A stretch of DNA of 62,608 bases, filler included. It is 11 parts of 11 records of this genome, joined end to end, with 100 filler letters (N's around TTAATTAATTAA, not from the genome) between each part and the next. Parts side by side here need not be neighbours in the genome. Positions count along the whole stretch, not along the records: positions 1 to 7,380 come from SRR15195285_4253; positions 7,481 to 17,026 come from SRR15195285_4259; 9 more parts are not named here. The stretch is one strand, 5' to 3'. Position numbers and translations under genes: made by a program. The notes under the pieces were generated by a model. That model made no database searches. It was given only the letters and a program-made list of their open reading frames with translations, and was not told the DNA's origin. Shown here in pieces: positions 1-11,800 of this stretch. Numbering within the stretch: position 1 is the stretch's first letter; the number at the start of each line of letters is the position of its first letter.

Positions 1-2110
1 GTACGCAGGTACAGTCAGAGCTAAACTACCCGACGCCGTGCCGTTGTCAGTCCGACTCCACACGTCGCGCACAGCCAGCTGCACGTTGTCATAGCTGCTG
101 TTAAGTGCCAATATTTTTGAGAATGAAATGGTGTACTTTTGAGGAACCGCGCAGTAGTTGAGAATGTAAGCCGCCACAGATCCGACCGGATGCATCAACG
201 GTTTCGCCCATAGCTGTACCTTGTTGAGAGGCGAAGTTCCTGGTCACACCGACACACCTCTCAGTACGAGCATCCCCAACCAATCACGCGCGAATGCCGA
301 CCAACCCAATCGCACCTGGCCCTGGTACCTCCTCGACAAACATTCCTGGGTGACCGCTCCATTGCTGATTGATCGCTATTGCTTCCTGTTGCACAGCGCC
401 GTTTTACAGGTTTCAAGATTTTTCGAACTGGAAAACCAAAGAGGGAGGCGAACGGATCAACATTTGTCTTAATCGGGATGTATCTCACCGTGTTGCCAAT
501 AACGTCAATAAATGGCCGCAGCTGTTCGTCGCTTGGATACATCCCGCTGCATAACATGAGCAGTTCCAAGTGATGATCCGAGAACATACTACTGGTCAGC
601 AAGAACAATGCATTGGCTAGGACTTGCCATCGACAGATGAAAATCTGATACTTACAGGATAAGTGGGGATGATGTGATTATCCAGCCTCCAAAATGTGCA
701 CGGTTCCATGAATAGAACACTGCATCGTGTTCCGGCAAATCCTCGGCTGATGGTGGCGCAGGGCAGGGTGGGCACGGTTTGTGCGGCATGGGCTCATCAC
801 ACTGGCCACTGGCTGGATCAGAAATACAGTACGTCACATCTGGATGAGACGGGCAAGGCTGTGGCTTAGTGGTACAGCCAGGTGTAGGTTGTGGTTTTGC
901 GCCCTTCAAGGGTGGCACCTCAACGCGCCCTATTTCAAGATTATCTGGAGTCTGCCAGCAGCCAGGGCGTGATAGTGGATGATGCGGATCGAGATAGGGC
1001 CGAGTATTGTTTAGGTTTCGGATCCATGACCCTGCGGTGTGGCAGGGGTGTGGCTGACATTGCATCAAGACAATATAGAAACTGTCAGTGACTCAGACAA
1101 GTCATCAAGGCGAGATCTGTGGCTCTGTACCAGTTTGTGACAAGGGTCGGGCAAAATCCCGCTTGAGTTGTTGATATCACCTGAGATGCGGTAGGTGTTG
1201 TAGGGGCAGAAGTCAAGCGTGGGGCAGCTCGCGTTGTCTCGCCCCCTCATGTAGTTGTGGGACGGCGATAGCGCCCCCGATGGTCCCATCTTGGTTTCCG
1301 CGCACAGTCCCCAGTGACAGTTCTCGATGAGTACTTCGCCATAGTTGGGGCGGCTTGGGTCAACGCTCGCGTGCAATAGCTCGGCGTACAGTGTCAGGTT
1401 CTCGTTGCGCCCACATCCATCAAATTTCACACCGTCGAACCCATGCCGCCGAATAGCAGCCACGTCGCCCTGATAGTTTTGTAAGCTGCCAGGGTTGTTG
1501 TCTACCCCCACGCAGCCACAGCCGTTCATGTACCATTCCGCCGTCAGGTTGCGTTTGTGGGCATGCTCTACCAATGCAGTCAGGTTCGGGAATCGGGTCT
1601 CGTTGATGGTAGGATTGCCCGACTTGTCGTGCTGTCCAACACCACACTGCGCCCAACCCTCATCTATCCCGAACGACGCGTAGCCCAGCTCTGCCAGGCT
1701 GACCGGACCAGACTCGCCCTTGACCGTTCGATTCTTCGCTACCAATGCATCGATCACCTGTGTTAGCACCGGCTGCGAGATGTGCTCATGAAACGCGTTC
1801 CAGCTTCGCCAGCCCATCCTGTCCACGGCGCACATCAGACAAATTCATGAGCGCCTCGGCCATGCGAGCGCTCAGCCATGCGAACGGTGACATAGACCCG
1901 CGCGCCGGAGTGCCACCTGCGGGCGGGCTGCTCAGCCGAGCGAGGCACGCGTCGGTATCGGCAGACTCACGGCGGCGTTTTGGCCTTGCCATTGTAACCC
2001 GCTGGAAACGCTCCCGGGCCGAGTAGTCCTTGAGAGTGAGTCGTCTGATGCGCTGCAGAGAACGCCGTAGAGCACAGACAACAGAGACACAGTAACACGA
2101 TGGCCAGCAT
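1..2110 (-). CDS. Secreted GH27 alpha-galactosidase / alpha-N-acetylgalactosaminidase-like protein, multi-exon, 3' end truncated by the window edge
   Basis: ATG at 2110 begins a signal peptide (MLAIVLLCLCCLCSTAFS). Splicing intron 1819-1970 (GTGAGT...CAG) rebuilds the GH27 motif TPPMGWRSWN. Further motifs: IDEGW, GFDGVKFDGC (nucleophile), RISGDI (acid/base), RPGCW.PDNLEIG, HFGGWIITSSPLIL, EAIAINQQWSGHPG, and C-terminal beta-domain QLWAKPL..VAAYILN..VRDVW near 1-230. Confidence 0.9.
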
Positions 2111-2373
2111 GGCATGCTCACCGCGACACACTGGCATGTACCACATACGTACACGTGTGCGTGCGTGGGACTGGCGCGCGCCGGTGCGCGCGCGGGCGCG
2201 CGTGCTTGCCGACCGGCGCGCGCGCGCGCCGGCTCGCGAGACGGGAGACGAGCGCATATATATACGTTGCTATATCCTAGTATAATATATACCCGCGCGC
2301 GAGCGAGGGGGTGTGTGCGCCGCCGGCCGGTGCGCCGGCGCGGCCGGATCGCGGTGCCGACACGCGCTCCACG
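2111..2373. promoter_or_regulatory. Putative bidirectional promoter between head-to-head genes
   Basis: 263 nt between divergent ATGs (2110 minus, 2374 plus). TA-rich core (CATATATATAC, TAGTATAATATATA) flanked by GCGCGC runs. Confidence 0.5.
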
Positions 2374-5121
2374 ATGCTTCTGCTTGCAGCAGCTCTGTTC
2401 GCTGCCAGCGGCGGCGAGACTGTGCCGAAGACTCTGATGGGCGCCTATCCTCACCTGCTCAAGAGCTCTGTGCCCAATATGAGCAGCGCCAATGATGTGG
2501 CCGCGAGCGTAGAGCTCGCGAAGCGTACCAAGCAAACGCTCATCGGCACGTTCATTGACGAGTGCTTCTACTACGAGACGTTGCGCCCACTGTTACAAGA
2601 AACAGTCGGCGCCGGTATTTCGGTGTTTGGGATGCTCCGCTCGCACAATGGAGCTATCTACTGCCCGGCTATCTGGGGCAACGCCACTGCTGGGACGGGC
2701 GTTGACTGGACCCATGTGTCAACGAGCCTGGCAAAGCTGAGTGTCGAATTCCCGCACTTCGTTGGGTTCACGATCGATGACTTTTACTGCATGATGGTCG
2801 ATCCCATGGTGTCGGAAGCGGATGGCATGCTGCCGGTGTCCACGATGGCAGACGCCTACGCCGCGATGAAGCACATTGCACCTGACTTTAAGTTTATGCC
2901 GACCGTTTATCCCGGTTTCCTTGGCGTTTACGCTGGTGCCTCTGGCTACACCCTCGGCGTCGGTGCAGGGCTACCTTTTGACGTCGATACGTCTGCATCT
3001 TTCTCTCTCGCCCCAGCGGACGCTGGCATTGGCGCGCACAGTAGCAGGGGATCCTTGAGCTTCTGGCTCGCCTCTACATATTCAACATGGGACAGAAACG
3101 GTTTGGCATTTGACCCAGTCTGGCGTGGAAAACTCTTCGTTCGTGCTGTGCTGCAATTGCCAGCCGGCCAGAACGTCACCGTCGTTGATCTTGACGTGTT
3201 TAGTCTCACCAGTTGCACATCTGAGATCGGGTCTGCAGTTGTATCCACATGCATACCTCAACAGATGTTGCACGTTAACGTCACGATGCCGAAGATCTCG
3301 GCTAGTTGGGATAGTCTGACAATTGAGGTGTATGCGAGGGATGCTGTTAATATGAATTATTAGTAAGTTGTGGAGTGGCAATGGACAGGTCCATCACGGA
3401 GATACCAATCTCCAATCCAACGTTGTATTGTCGGAACTATCTAACTCTGACCTGCCGCGATGCGCAGCAATTCTAAGCTGGTGTCGATCTGGGAGCTCTC
3501 CTTGATGTTGGACGGCATCGAACTGGCGGGCACAGACAAGCTTGCGCCTGTGCGCAAACAAAATCTTCTTCTACTTGTGAAATTTGCGGCGCATCAGCTC
3601 CATCCTACAGTCGATGTACACGACTACATTTACCTGGGTTGTGGGGGTGGAGCAGGTGTCTTTCCGAGTGGTGGAGTCCCCTGCAAAGTTCCAACCGCAT
3701 GGAGCGCCGCAGAATGCGTCCGTCAGCAACGTCGGCAAGGTTCAGGCGCACAACAACTCGATGTATTCCATTGCACCGGTGCGCTCGAACACGATTATTT
3801 GTACAGTGGCTGCGGATAGCTTCGGTATGCATCTGAGATGGAATTCTTGGTGTGCTATCCTATGACAGGCATGCGATGGGCTGCTGTTTCCATTCGCTGA
3901 AAACGCTCAGTCAGTTTACACCACTGAGAGCTACAAGGCATTGCTAGCTATGACACAGGCCTCGACACAAGGGCGAGGTCAGCATCTTTGGGCACTGCAC
4001 TATGGCTGGATGTGGAAGGGGGCGTTCGGTCCCGGGGTGCACCAGGTTCGTGGTGCTTCGAATTGCCAATGTATCATCACATAGCTACATCTGACAAACG
4101 ATGTTCCTCTGCCAATACTAACTCAATCATCACTGGGAAATGTGGTGCGGTGCCTTGTTGTTCAGGTGGATCCACATTTCCTAAAACAAATGATCGAATG
4201 GGACCAAGTGGCTGGTGTCGATGCAGTAGTGCTCTGGGGCCTGCCGTCAGAAGCAGCCCGTATCGGGTCTCAAGAAGGCATATTTGCGGAACGACAACCA
4301 CCACAAAGTGTCGTAAAATCGGCACAGCAGGAAGGTCCGTGGCAGCATGTACTACAGGCGTGGTATCCGGGTTATTGCAACGGCTACGGCGGTTGGCATC
4401 AAACATGGACCAGTCGCAAGCCTGTCCAAGGTAACTCTACCACAATTGGAGTGGCGCGGGATTGCTGCGGTCACACAACTGCAGTCGGACCATGGTTTTT
4501 CGCTGTGCTGATTCGCGTGGATGGTACGTACCAGGACTAGCCTGTTTGGCAACTGAAGTGCATACTGCGGCTAATTGTTGGAATATCGTTCGTATGGTAT
4601 ATTGCAGGTGGCCCGATTCTCTACAATGCCAGCTCTGGTGCAGATTCTTGTCACGATCTTTTGGAGAGCGCTCCATGTCCAGGGATCGATACACAGGGAG
4701 CAGCGGCGCTGGGTATTAACTGTACTGTCAGTTGCTCGCCGACGTCTACGCTTGGTGAGTCACGGACGAGATTGCATTTCAACCTAAACTTGCTATCTGT
4801 ATGTCTCTTCGATTCCGACCTGCCAGCTGAGCCTACTATGCGTCGTGCACACGTGCGGGGCGCAACGAAATTACAGCATTCAAGGAACGCGTCGAGATAC
4901 AGGTGCCGCCGTCGGATAGGCTGATTCACTTGGCGTTAGAGATGGCAGAGCTGCGAGGCGTTGGAAACTGGGATAGTGGCGTGCAGTTTGCGGTAGGAGG
5001 AAGTAGCAACCAGCAGAGGCAAGGAATCGATGACAATGATTGGGTGTATGAAGCGGGCCTCCGCGACCCAAGCATCCTTCCGATCTTCGATGCAGCAATC
5101 CAAGGCTTCGCGGGCCAATGA
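2374..5121 (+). CDS. Secreted multi-exon hypothetical protein, possibly glycoside-hydrolase-like barrel with inserted beta domain
   Basis: Signal peptide MLLLAAALFAASGG. Exon 1 ends at TA|GTAAGT (about 3362). Later exons have GT/AG borders and the last one ends ...FDAAIQGFAGQ*. Motif FVGFTIDDFY and N-glycosylation sequons present. Family not identified. Confidence 0.55.
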
Positions 5122-5159
5122 AATTGGAGCAATGTGATTTCACTTTATGCAGTCACTGC

Positions 5160-7295
5160 TTAGGTCGCCCTAATTGGTACCAATTCACCGTTTGGCCTAT
5201 ACATTATTGCGTCATCATCTCTTTGCAGATGTGCCGGTGGAAAACTCCTTTTGATTCGAGGGTGTGATGAAGTTCTTGAACCCGGAACCAGGATGCAGTG
5301 TCCTATATCGCTCCGGCACCGATTGACCAGGCCGAATTCCTTCCTTTGTGGCTCCTGGCAAGAAGCCCCAGCCAAATCCTTGGCCCTGATCTCCGAGGTC
5401 GCCCTGCTCAGCCAATGCGCGCGCTGCTGCATGTCGCCCTGAAAGTGGCCCTGCCACAATGAGCGTGTGTCCACTGGTCGTGGCAGGAGAGATTTGGGTG
5501 CCCCGAGCACGCAGACGGGCCTCCTCGCCAAGCTTGAGCCGCAATTGCAGCGCTTCCACTCCGCCACCATCTCGGTGCGCATGTGTGCGCATGTCTTGCA
5601 GAGTCGTAGCCACCGAAGCCGGTACTTCTTCGGCTCTAGACGATCTCTCGGTTGATCCTCACCAACAGTCTGTGGCTTGGGATCAGGGATTTCCTCAGCC
5701 CAGCCTCCCCAGTAGAGTTCTGAGCGCTGCCTGACATTAGCCCGGTCAAAGATTGCTCGGTGCTTCGCCTCGGAGCAGCCTTGGCAACGGAGGTTGTGTA
5801 ACCATCGCATGGAACTCCATAGCGACTCCCTGAATCCGTTGACAACAACAGTGCAAACACAATCATGATAAGCGAGTGCCACCCGAATATCAAACTCAGC
5901 AGACCGGAGATGCAGATATAGATGCATGGATCACAAAAGGCGTCACAGTGCTTTCAATTCGAAGGTCAGCACATGTCTCACATCTCGAAAGGTAGCTCGA
6001 CCAGCAAGTCCGATCGCGTGATAGGGGGTTTGCAGGCTGCACAGCGGCCGACCTGCTTGTTGCGCAGAGCTTCGATCGCATCTGCACGCCTTGCGGCCGC
6101 AGTGTTGTCCTCTTGTGCAACGAGAGCAGCAGGAGCCAAACCAGGATATAAGTGTGGCAGGAACCCCGCTTCTTTGAAAGCTTGGCAGATGTCGTGGAGA
6201 TCAACCGGGCAGCCGTTCGGAACCACGCCTTCTTTGGCGGCCTTGCGCAATCGCTCGAGCTCAACAGCACAGATCACTCTGCCGCTCGGTTTGACGACTC
6301 GACGAAGCTCTGCAAGAGCATGTGGCAAGGACGGCCACATTGCAACGAACGAGTCCAGCACAAGCACACCGTCAAAGTGATCGGCTGTCCACGGTGTGCT
6401 CCCGCCATCGCCGATATCTCCAGCTAGAACCGTAATGTGCGGCGAATCGTGATCGGCCCTCGCTGCCGCATCGGCCACAGCTGCCTCGGCACGCGCTGCC
6501 AACTTCGCGTCGCTTTCGGCTAGATCGTGTGCTAACTTAGCCTCGTGTTCCGCAATCTCGCGCTCGGCCTTTACCACGCGCCCGGCGATCTTTGCATTCA
6601 TCCAGTGTTCGGCATCCGCCGCGTCTGAGCGTGCTGTATTCATGATCTCTTCTGCCTTGCGCTTGGCTGCCGCAATCTCAACCGCACCCTCTTCGGTGAG
6701 CGTTGCGATATTAGCCGCTGCTTCTGATCGTAACATCTCAGTGCGAACGTCGCGAGTCCGCTCAGCTGTTGCAACCTCGGCGGTGCGCCGACGCTCCGCT
6801 TCACTCGCGACTTCGGCACCGTAGCGCTCAGCAGCGAGGCGGTATGGAACCAAACTCGCTTCCACCTGCGCCACGAGCTCATCGTGGTGCGCCTGTGCCT
6901 CTGCATCTTTGACTGCTCGCGTTGCGTCGGCATCCGCTGTAGAGACCTCGCGCTCTTTACCGGCAAGCTCACACTCATCCGCGAAGGCCACCCTAACATC
7001 GGCCTCTGCCTGTTCTCGCTTCTCACGCTGTGCCACGGTCATCAGAATGGACATGCGCATCTCGATATCCGCCTGGGCCGCAGCAGCGTGTTCCTTCGCC
7101 GCGCTGACACGGTTGTTGAACCGCATCTCCGCCATCCCTGTCTGCTTCTTGTGCACAGATGCGGCCGCCGCGACCTTTGCCTCGAGCTCTGCCCTCACTG
7201 CCGCCAGCTTCGCCGCAGCCTTCCCGCTCTGCATCTCGTACGTCGTCACGGGGTTCATCATCCGCCCTGGCGCCGCCCGCGCCATCCGTGCCGCC
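5160..7295 (-). CDS. Coiled-coil protein with the C-terminal half of a class I SAM-methyltransferase fold and a Cys-rich tail; 5' end uncertain
   Basis: About 270 aa Ala/Glu coiled coil, then ITVLAGD..FDGVLV..ALAELRRVVKPSGRVI. The apparent stop at 5978 is a donor (GAT|GTGAGA) splicing to TTCAG|GGAG (about 5830), which joins the 5160-5927 frame containing CxxC pairs. Confidence 0.6.
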
Positions 7296-7380
7296 TGTGC
7301 AGCGCAGGGTTGCAGGCGCAGAGCCACCCACGGCGCACACAAACAGGGCTGCTCAGCGGCAGCACAGCGCCAGCACGTCT

Positions 7381-7480
7381 NNNNNNNNNNNNNNNNNNNN
7401 NNNNNNNNNNNNNNNNNNNNNNNNTTAATTAATTAANNNNNNNNNNNNNNNNNNNNNNNNNNNNNNNNNNNNNNNNNNNN
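7381..7480. other. Artificial contig-joining spacer (first of ten)
   Basis: N44-TTAATTAATTAA-N44, with stops in all six frames. Identical spacers at 17027-17126, 20982-21081, 26274-26373, 32511-32610, 40268-40367, 43591-43690, 47920-48019, 51993-52092, 56930-57029. Confidence 0.99.
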
Positions 7481-7896
7481 ACCGCTCGTGCACTGAAATT
7501 AGCCGCTGTGTACGCGGCCGCCGCGGTGCGAGCTCCGTCCCGCGGCCGAGCGGTGGACAGGTGCAAATCAAAATTTGCTGCTCACCACCCTACGTCGAGC
7601 TCTACGAGGATAGAGGATAATGCGCGCGTGGTCGGTGGACGTGCCCGCGCGCGCGCGCCAGGCAGCAGGAAGGATCCTTAGGCCGGAACGACCGACGGCG
7701 GGAGCGACATTGGCTGGGCTGACCTCGCAGCCGAAAGCTTTCCCCTGGCTCTGGCTAGCTTCTTTGGCTGCCTTAGAGGCAGCAACCAAGCTAGCAGCTT
7801 CCTAGCTGGGCGACGGTGTCAGTGAGCGTGAGTGCGGGGGGAATCGGCGGACGGGCGGACCCACGCAGGGATTGGGTTGCGAGCGCAGCAGGCGCG

Positions 7897-8788
7897 ATGC
7901 GGGCTGCGGTCGTCGTGCTGTGCGCGAGCGCTCTCGTCGGTGGAGCGCTTGCAAACCAACCGACAGCAATGGAGAGGCAGTTCGCCGGCCTCCGTATTGC
8001 GATCCGCGCCGGTGACACTGAGAAGGCAAAGAAGTTGCTCACCTCTGGCGCCAGGAATTGGGGCAAAGATTTCACCGACAAGCAAGGTGTCCGTGAGTCT
8101 GCAGGCTGTACCCAACCTTAGTCGCCCTACCAACGCAAACCCGTGGGGTGAACCGGTCCACTGGCGCGCTGGCTGTAGTGAGTGACACGCTATTGCAAAC
8201 ATGCGCCGAGGCGGGAAACTACGAGCTCGCGAAGGACCTGATAATGGCACACGATGCCGACGTCGACTACAAGGACCGCAGTACGCATTCGCTTCGGCTC
8301 TATGCGTGCCAGGCATCGCCCACTGTTGCGTGCTGTGGTCGCTCACTCGTCGGGTTTGCTTGCTTCGGTCCACCCGTGGTGTGTGTACAGAAGGTGGGAC
8401 CGCTTATAGTTTCTGCGAGAAACGGAGAGACATGGACGAGGCCAACGGCGACCCACCGGGATGTGAACCAGATCTGTGGCTGAAACTGGTCGAGGACTGC
8501 TTAGCAGCCAAGGAGGCAGGCGAGACAGATTTGGTGCTGGGAAGCAGGTACAGCAGCACAGGAGGCATCCGCAAAAGGGTTACAGGGACTGACGATGGAG
8601 AGGACGGCGATACACCGGAAAAGCAAAAGGAGCGTCTGGCGGCGTATGAAGCAGAACGGAAAGCGAAGGAATCGATGACAGCGGACGAAAAAGAGAAGGA
8701 GAAGCAGCGCAAGAAGAAGGAAATGCAGGAACGGATCGCCGAGAAGAAACGGAAGAAGGCTGAAGAGGCGGCAAAAAAGGAGTTGTAG
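7897..8788 (+). CDS. Signal-peptide ankyrin-repeat protein with charged tail ending KKEL (3 exons)
   Basis: Signal peptide MRAAVVVLCASALVGGALA. Ankyrin-like segments AIRAGDTEKAKKLL and TLLQTCAEAGNYELAKDLI..ADVDYKDRKGGTA after removing introns about 8093-8178 and 8281-8390. C-terminus KKEL*. Confidence 0.7.
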
Positions 8789-8805
8789 ACGCAACATGAA
8801 GAGCT

Positions 8806-11800
8806 TCAATAATTGCCTCTGAAAAGGTTGTCTGGCTGACCTCCACCGTTGGCATAGTGAAGATTCTCAGTCGATAACCAGCGGCTGCGCCGCCCTCGCA
8901 TCTCACCCTTCACGTACCCACGCCGCCCCGAGACCCATCTGGGCTCTCCACCCATCTTCGCCACGACATGTGGCTTTTTTGCAGCAGCGCGTGTTGCATG
9001 AGAACCACTGCGCAGCTTCGCCCCCCCTGCAAGTTGGGTGCGCCATGAAATCTTCGGAGCCGGTGGACGTCGGTTCGGTCCGACACGTGGGCCGGCGCTG
9101 GCCGCCGCTGCTGCTGCTGGCCACAGTTGAGCCGATCCCTTGCGCCGCCCGTGCTCCACGCGTCTACCAGCTTCATTCGTGTTGGCCAACTCTAGTGCTT
9201 GTAGTGGGGCTGGCACAGCTGAGGCTCGGTTCGGGAACGGGGCTGAGAGCGTGCAGGCCTGGTCAGCATCTTCGAACGCCATCGCTCTGCGAGCGGCTCT
9301 CGCAGTCACGCCAGCGGCTGCCCCGCTGCCGTCTAGATCATCCCAGATCACCTTTCGCGGTGCCCGGGGCGCATTGCCACCCCGAGAATCACCACCGTGG
9401 CTGGTCGTATCGGGAACACGCTGAAGTCCTACCTGCTTCGGAGATGACTGCTCTTTCTGCTGGTCCTGCTTGTTTGCTTTTATCAGCCGCTGCGTCAGCT
9501 GCAGTGCAACCTTGCCGCCGTCGCGAATGATTGCGCGCATACCTGATGGATTGTTGACCGCCATAAACTGTAATGCTGTACCTGCAGCGAGCTTCAGCGC
9601 CTTGCCATCTGATCTCGGCCCCTGCACGCACCGCACCAGTCCTTGGACGGCCCCAAGCTGAATGAAGATGGATTTGTGTGCTGTTGCGTTTCGCACTAGA
9701 GCTGCAATAGCCTGCGCTGCAGCAGCGCGGGTCGCAGGCGGCTGGCCACTGGCCAGCTCGAGCAGTGAAACTAAAGCTGGTGCAACATCGTTCCTCATTA
9801 ACTGTGCCTTGGTTTCGTCCACATTTTGCGCGACAGCAGCCACAGCGAGGGCAGTCTGTTCGAGCAATGATGCAGGAGCAGGATATACTTCGGATGCACT
9901 GGAGCCGAGAATCCTTGCGAGAAGAGGCACAATCCCATTTCCTGCCGGCGCAGAAGATCGTTTGCTTCGTACGGATAGAAGCACCAGTGCAAGTTGGTTT
10001 GCGACACAGTCTTTCGCGAGTGCAGCAATTGCCGAGATAGACCACAACAGCAGCGATGCCAACGCGATACTCTGTTGTATCGGCCTTGCCGGCGACCTAC
10101 CATCCTGCCGATCTATGCGAATAGCTGACTGGGCACGCTTGGCATCTCGTTCAGCCTCAGTGGCATACTCTGAGTCTATCGCAGCAACGACTAGCTTTTT
10201 GAGGACATCGCCTTTCTCCATCGCGCCCATCGATTCACGAATCTGCACACTGTGAGCAGCGCAGACTGACAGCGCACGGCAGGCCGCACTGGCGCTACTC
10301 CAGTCCAGCTCCTTGTCTCCGCTCTTGCGCTTGCTCGACAGTAGCCCAAGCAACGCCTTGGCACCAGACTTGCTTGTCACGGTTGGTGGAAATGTCGCTT
10401 CTTCATTTTCGTTCTCGTCGGTCAGCTCCTCCTCCTCACTATCGGTGTACTCATCAGACGAAGGCTCTTCGGCCGAGTGATAATGGATGGCGTTAAGCTT
10501 TTTTGGAGCTAACCCGCTCTCCTCCAGCACCATCGCCTTCATCAGCTCATCATCGCCGCGGCATAGCAGAGCAAGGGCTAGTGCCGCACCAGCAGCGGAT
10601 CGGACTGATGTTTCGTTGCAATGCTCGACAACTTCGCACAAAGCTGCGGCCACCTCTCTTGGCCCTGCTAGAACAGGTAGTCGTAGGCGCGCGCGCTCTC
10701 TTGAACCCAAGAGTGTGAAGAGAGATATGACCGCCCAGTGGCGTGGCAAACCGCTTTGCGAAGCCTCAGCAACCGCGCTAAGCATCTGAGATACTTCGTG
10801 TGCGTGTTCTGGCGCTAGCTCTGCACAGTACGGTGCAATTGCTGCGAGGGCGCGCAATCCTGCGCTGCGCCGCTCGTCACGTGAATGATGCACCAGAAGC
10901 AATAGTGGTTCCAGCGCACCCGCAGCACAAACAGCAGAACCCATCGTGTCAACGTTGCGAATGCTGCCTGCTTCTAGTACAATAGTAGCCAAGGCTTCCG
11001 CCGCCCAGCGTTTCGCTCCTGGGCAAAGTCCGTGGAGGGTTTCTAGTGTCATGGCTTCAAGCCGGTCTTCCAGTGCAACAAGACGTCTTGCATGGTTGAC
11101 GAGCTGCTCGCGCGATTGTTTTGTCATGGCAGCACGGGGAATTCCGCGGATAAATGGGCCAGTCGTTGCGGTGCCCTTGAATCGATGGCCACCCACCGGG
11201 TACATTTCGCGGTCTTCCTCGAACAGCAAAAAGTAGGCATTCAATTGCTCCTGCCACGGGTCTGGCTTTGTTTCCAAGCGGCTCCTGGTGTCAAGGTCCC
11301 GTTGCGCCTTAGCCCTCGCTTCAGCAAGCTTCTGTGTCCCTTCGGATAGCACATTGATCAATAAATTGATCACGCCTGACTCGACCAACTTTGCACGATT
11401 TGCCGCATTCGTTCGTGCAACTCCAGCTATTGCATGAGTTGCATGCTCGAGCTGTTGCTCCGCAGAGTTGGCTGTGGCATGAATAAGCGCATCGCAGACT
11501 CCTGTGGATTCCTGGCTTCCTCCGACAAGACAGATGCTTTCATTGCTGCAGACATTTGCCATCACGCCTGTAGCCCAGACTGCAGCTTCGCCGCGTGATC
11601 GCAGAACAATCCGTGTGACAGGTAGCAGAGCTCCACGCTCAACGATCTGAGCTTGTCGCCCGGAGTGATCCTTCGACAATAGAAACAATGCCTTACAGGC
11701 GAGTAGCTCAAGATCAGTAGATCGCGCGCCGGGCTCCGACAGCATCTTGACCAATGGGTAGAATACGCCCAGTCTGGATGCCTCATCTCGCGATTGTATG

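Noticed and set aside
1031-1165. Possible non-canonical GC donor (TCAA|GCGGGA at 1162) in the GH27 gene
   Set aside because: An alternative GT-AG solution exists (CTG|GTACAG to TGTCAG|CCA); this cannot be resolved without transcripts.
7381-7480. Regularly recurring TTAATTAATTAA palindrome within N runs
   Set aside because: An identical 100-nt synthetic spacer at all ten joins; not biological. ORFs running into X residues are truncated artefacts.
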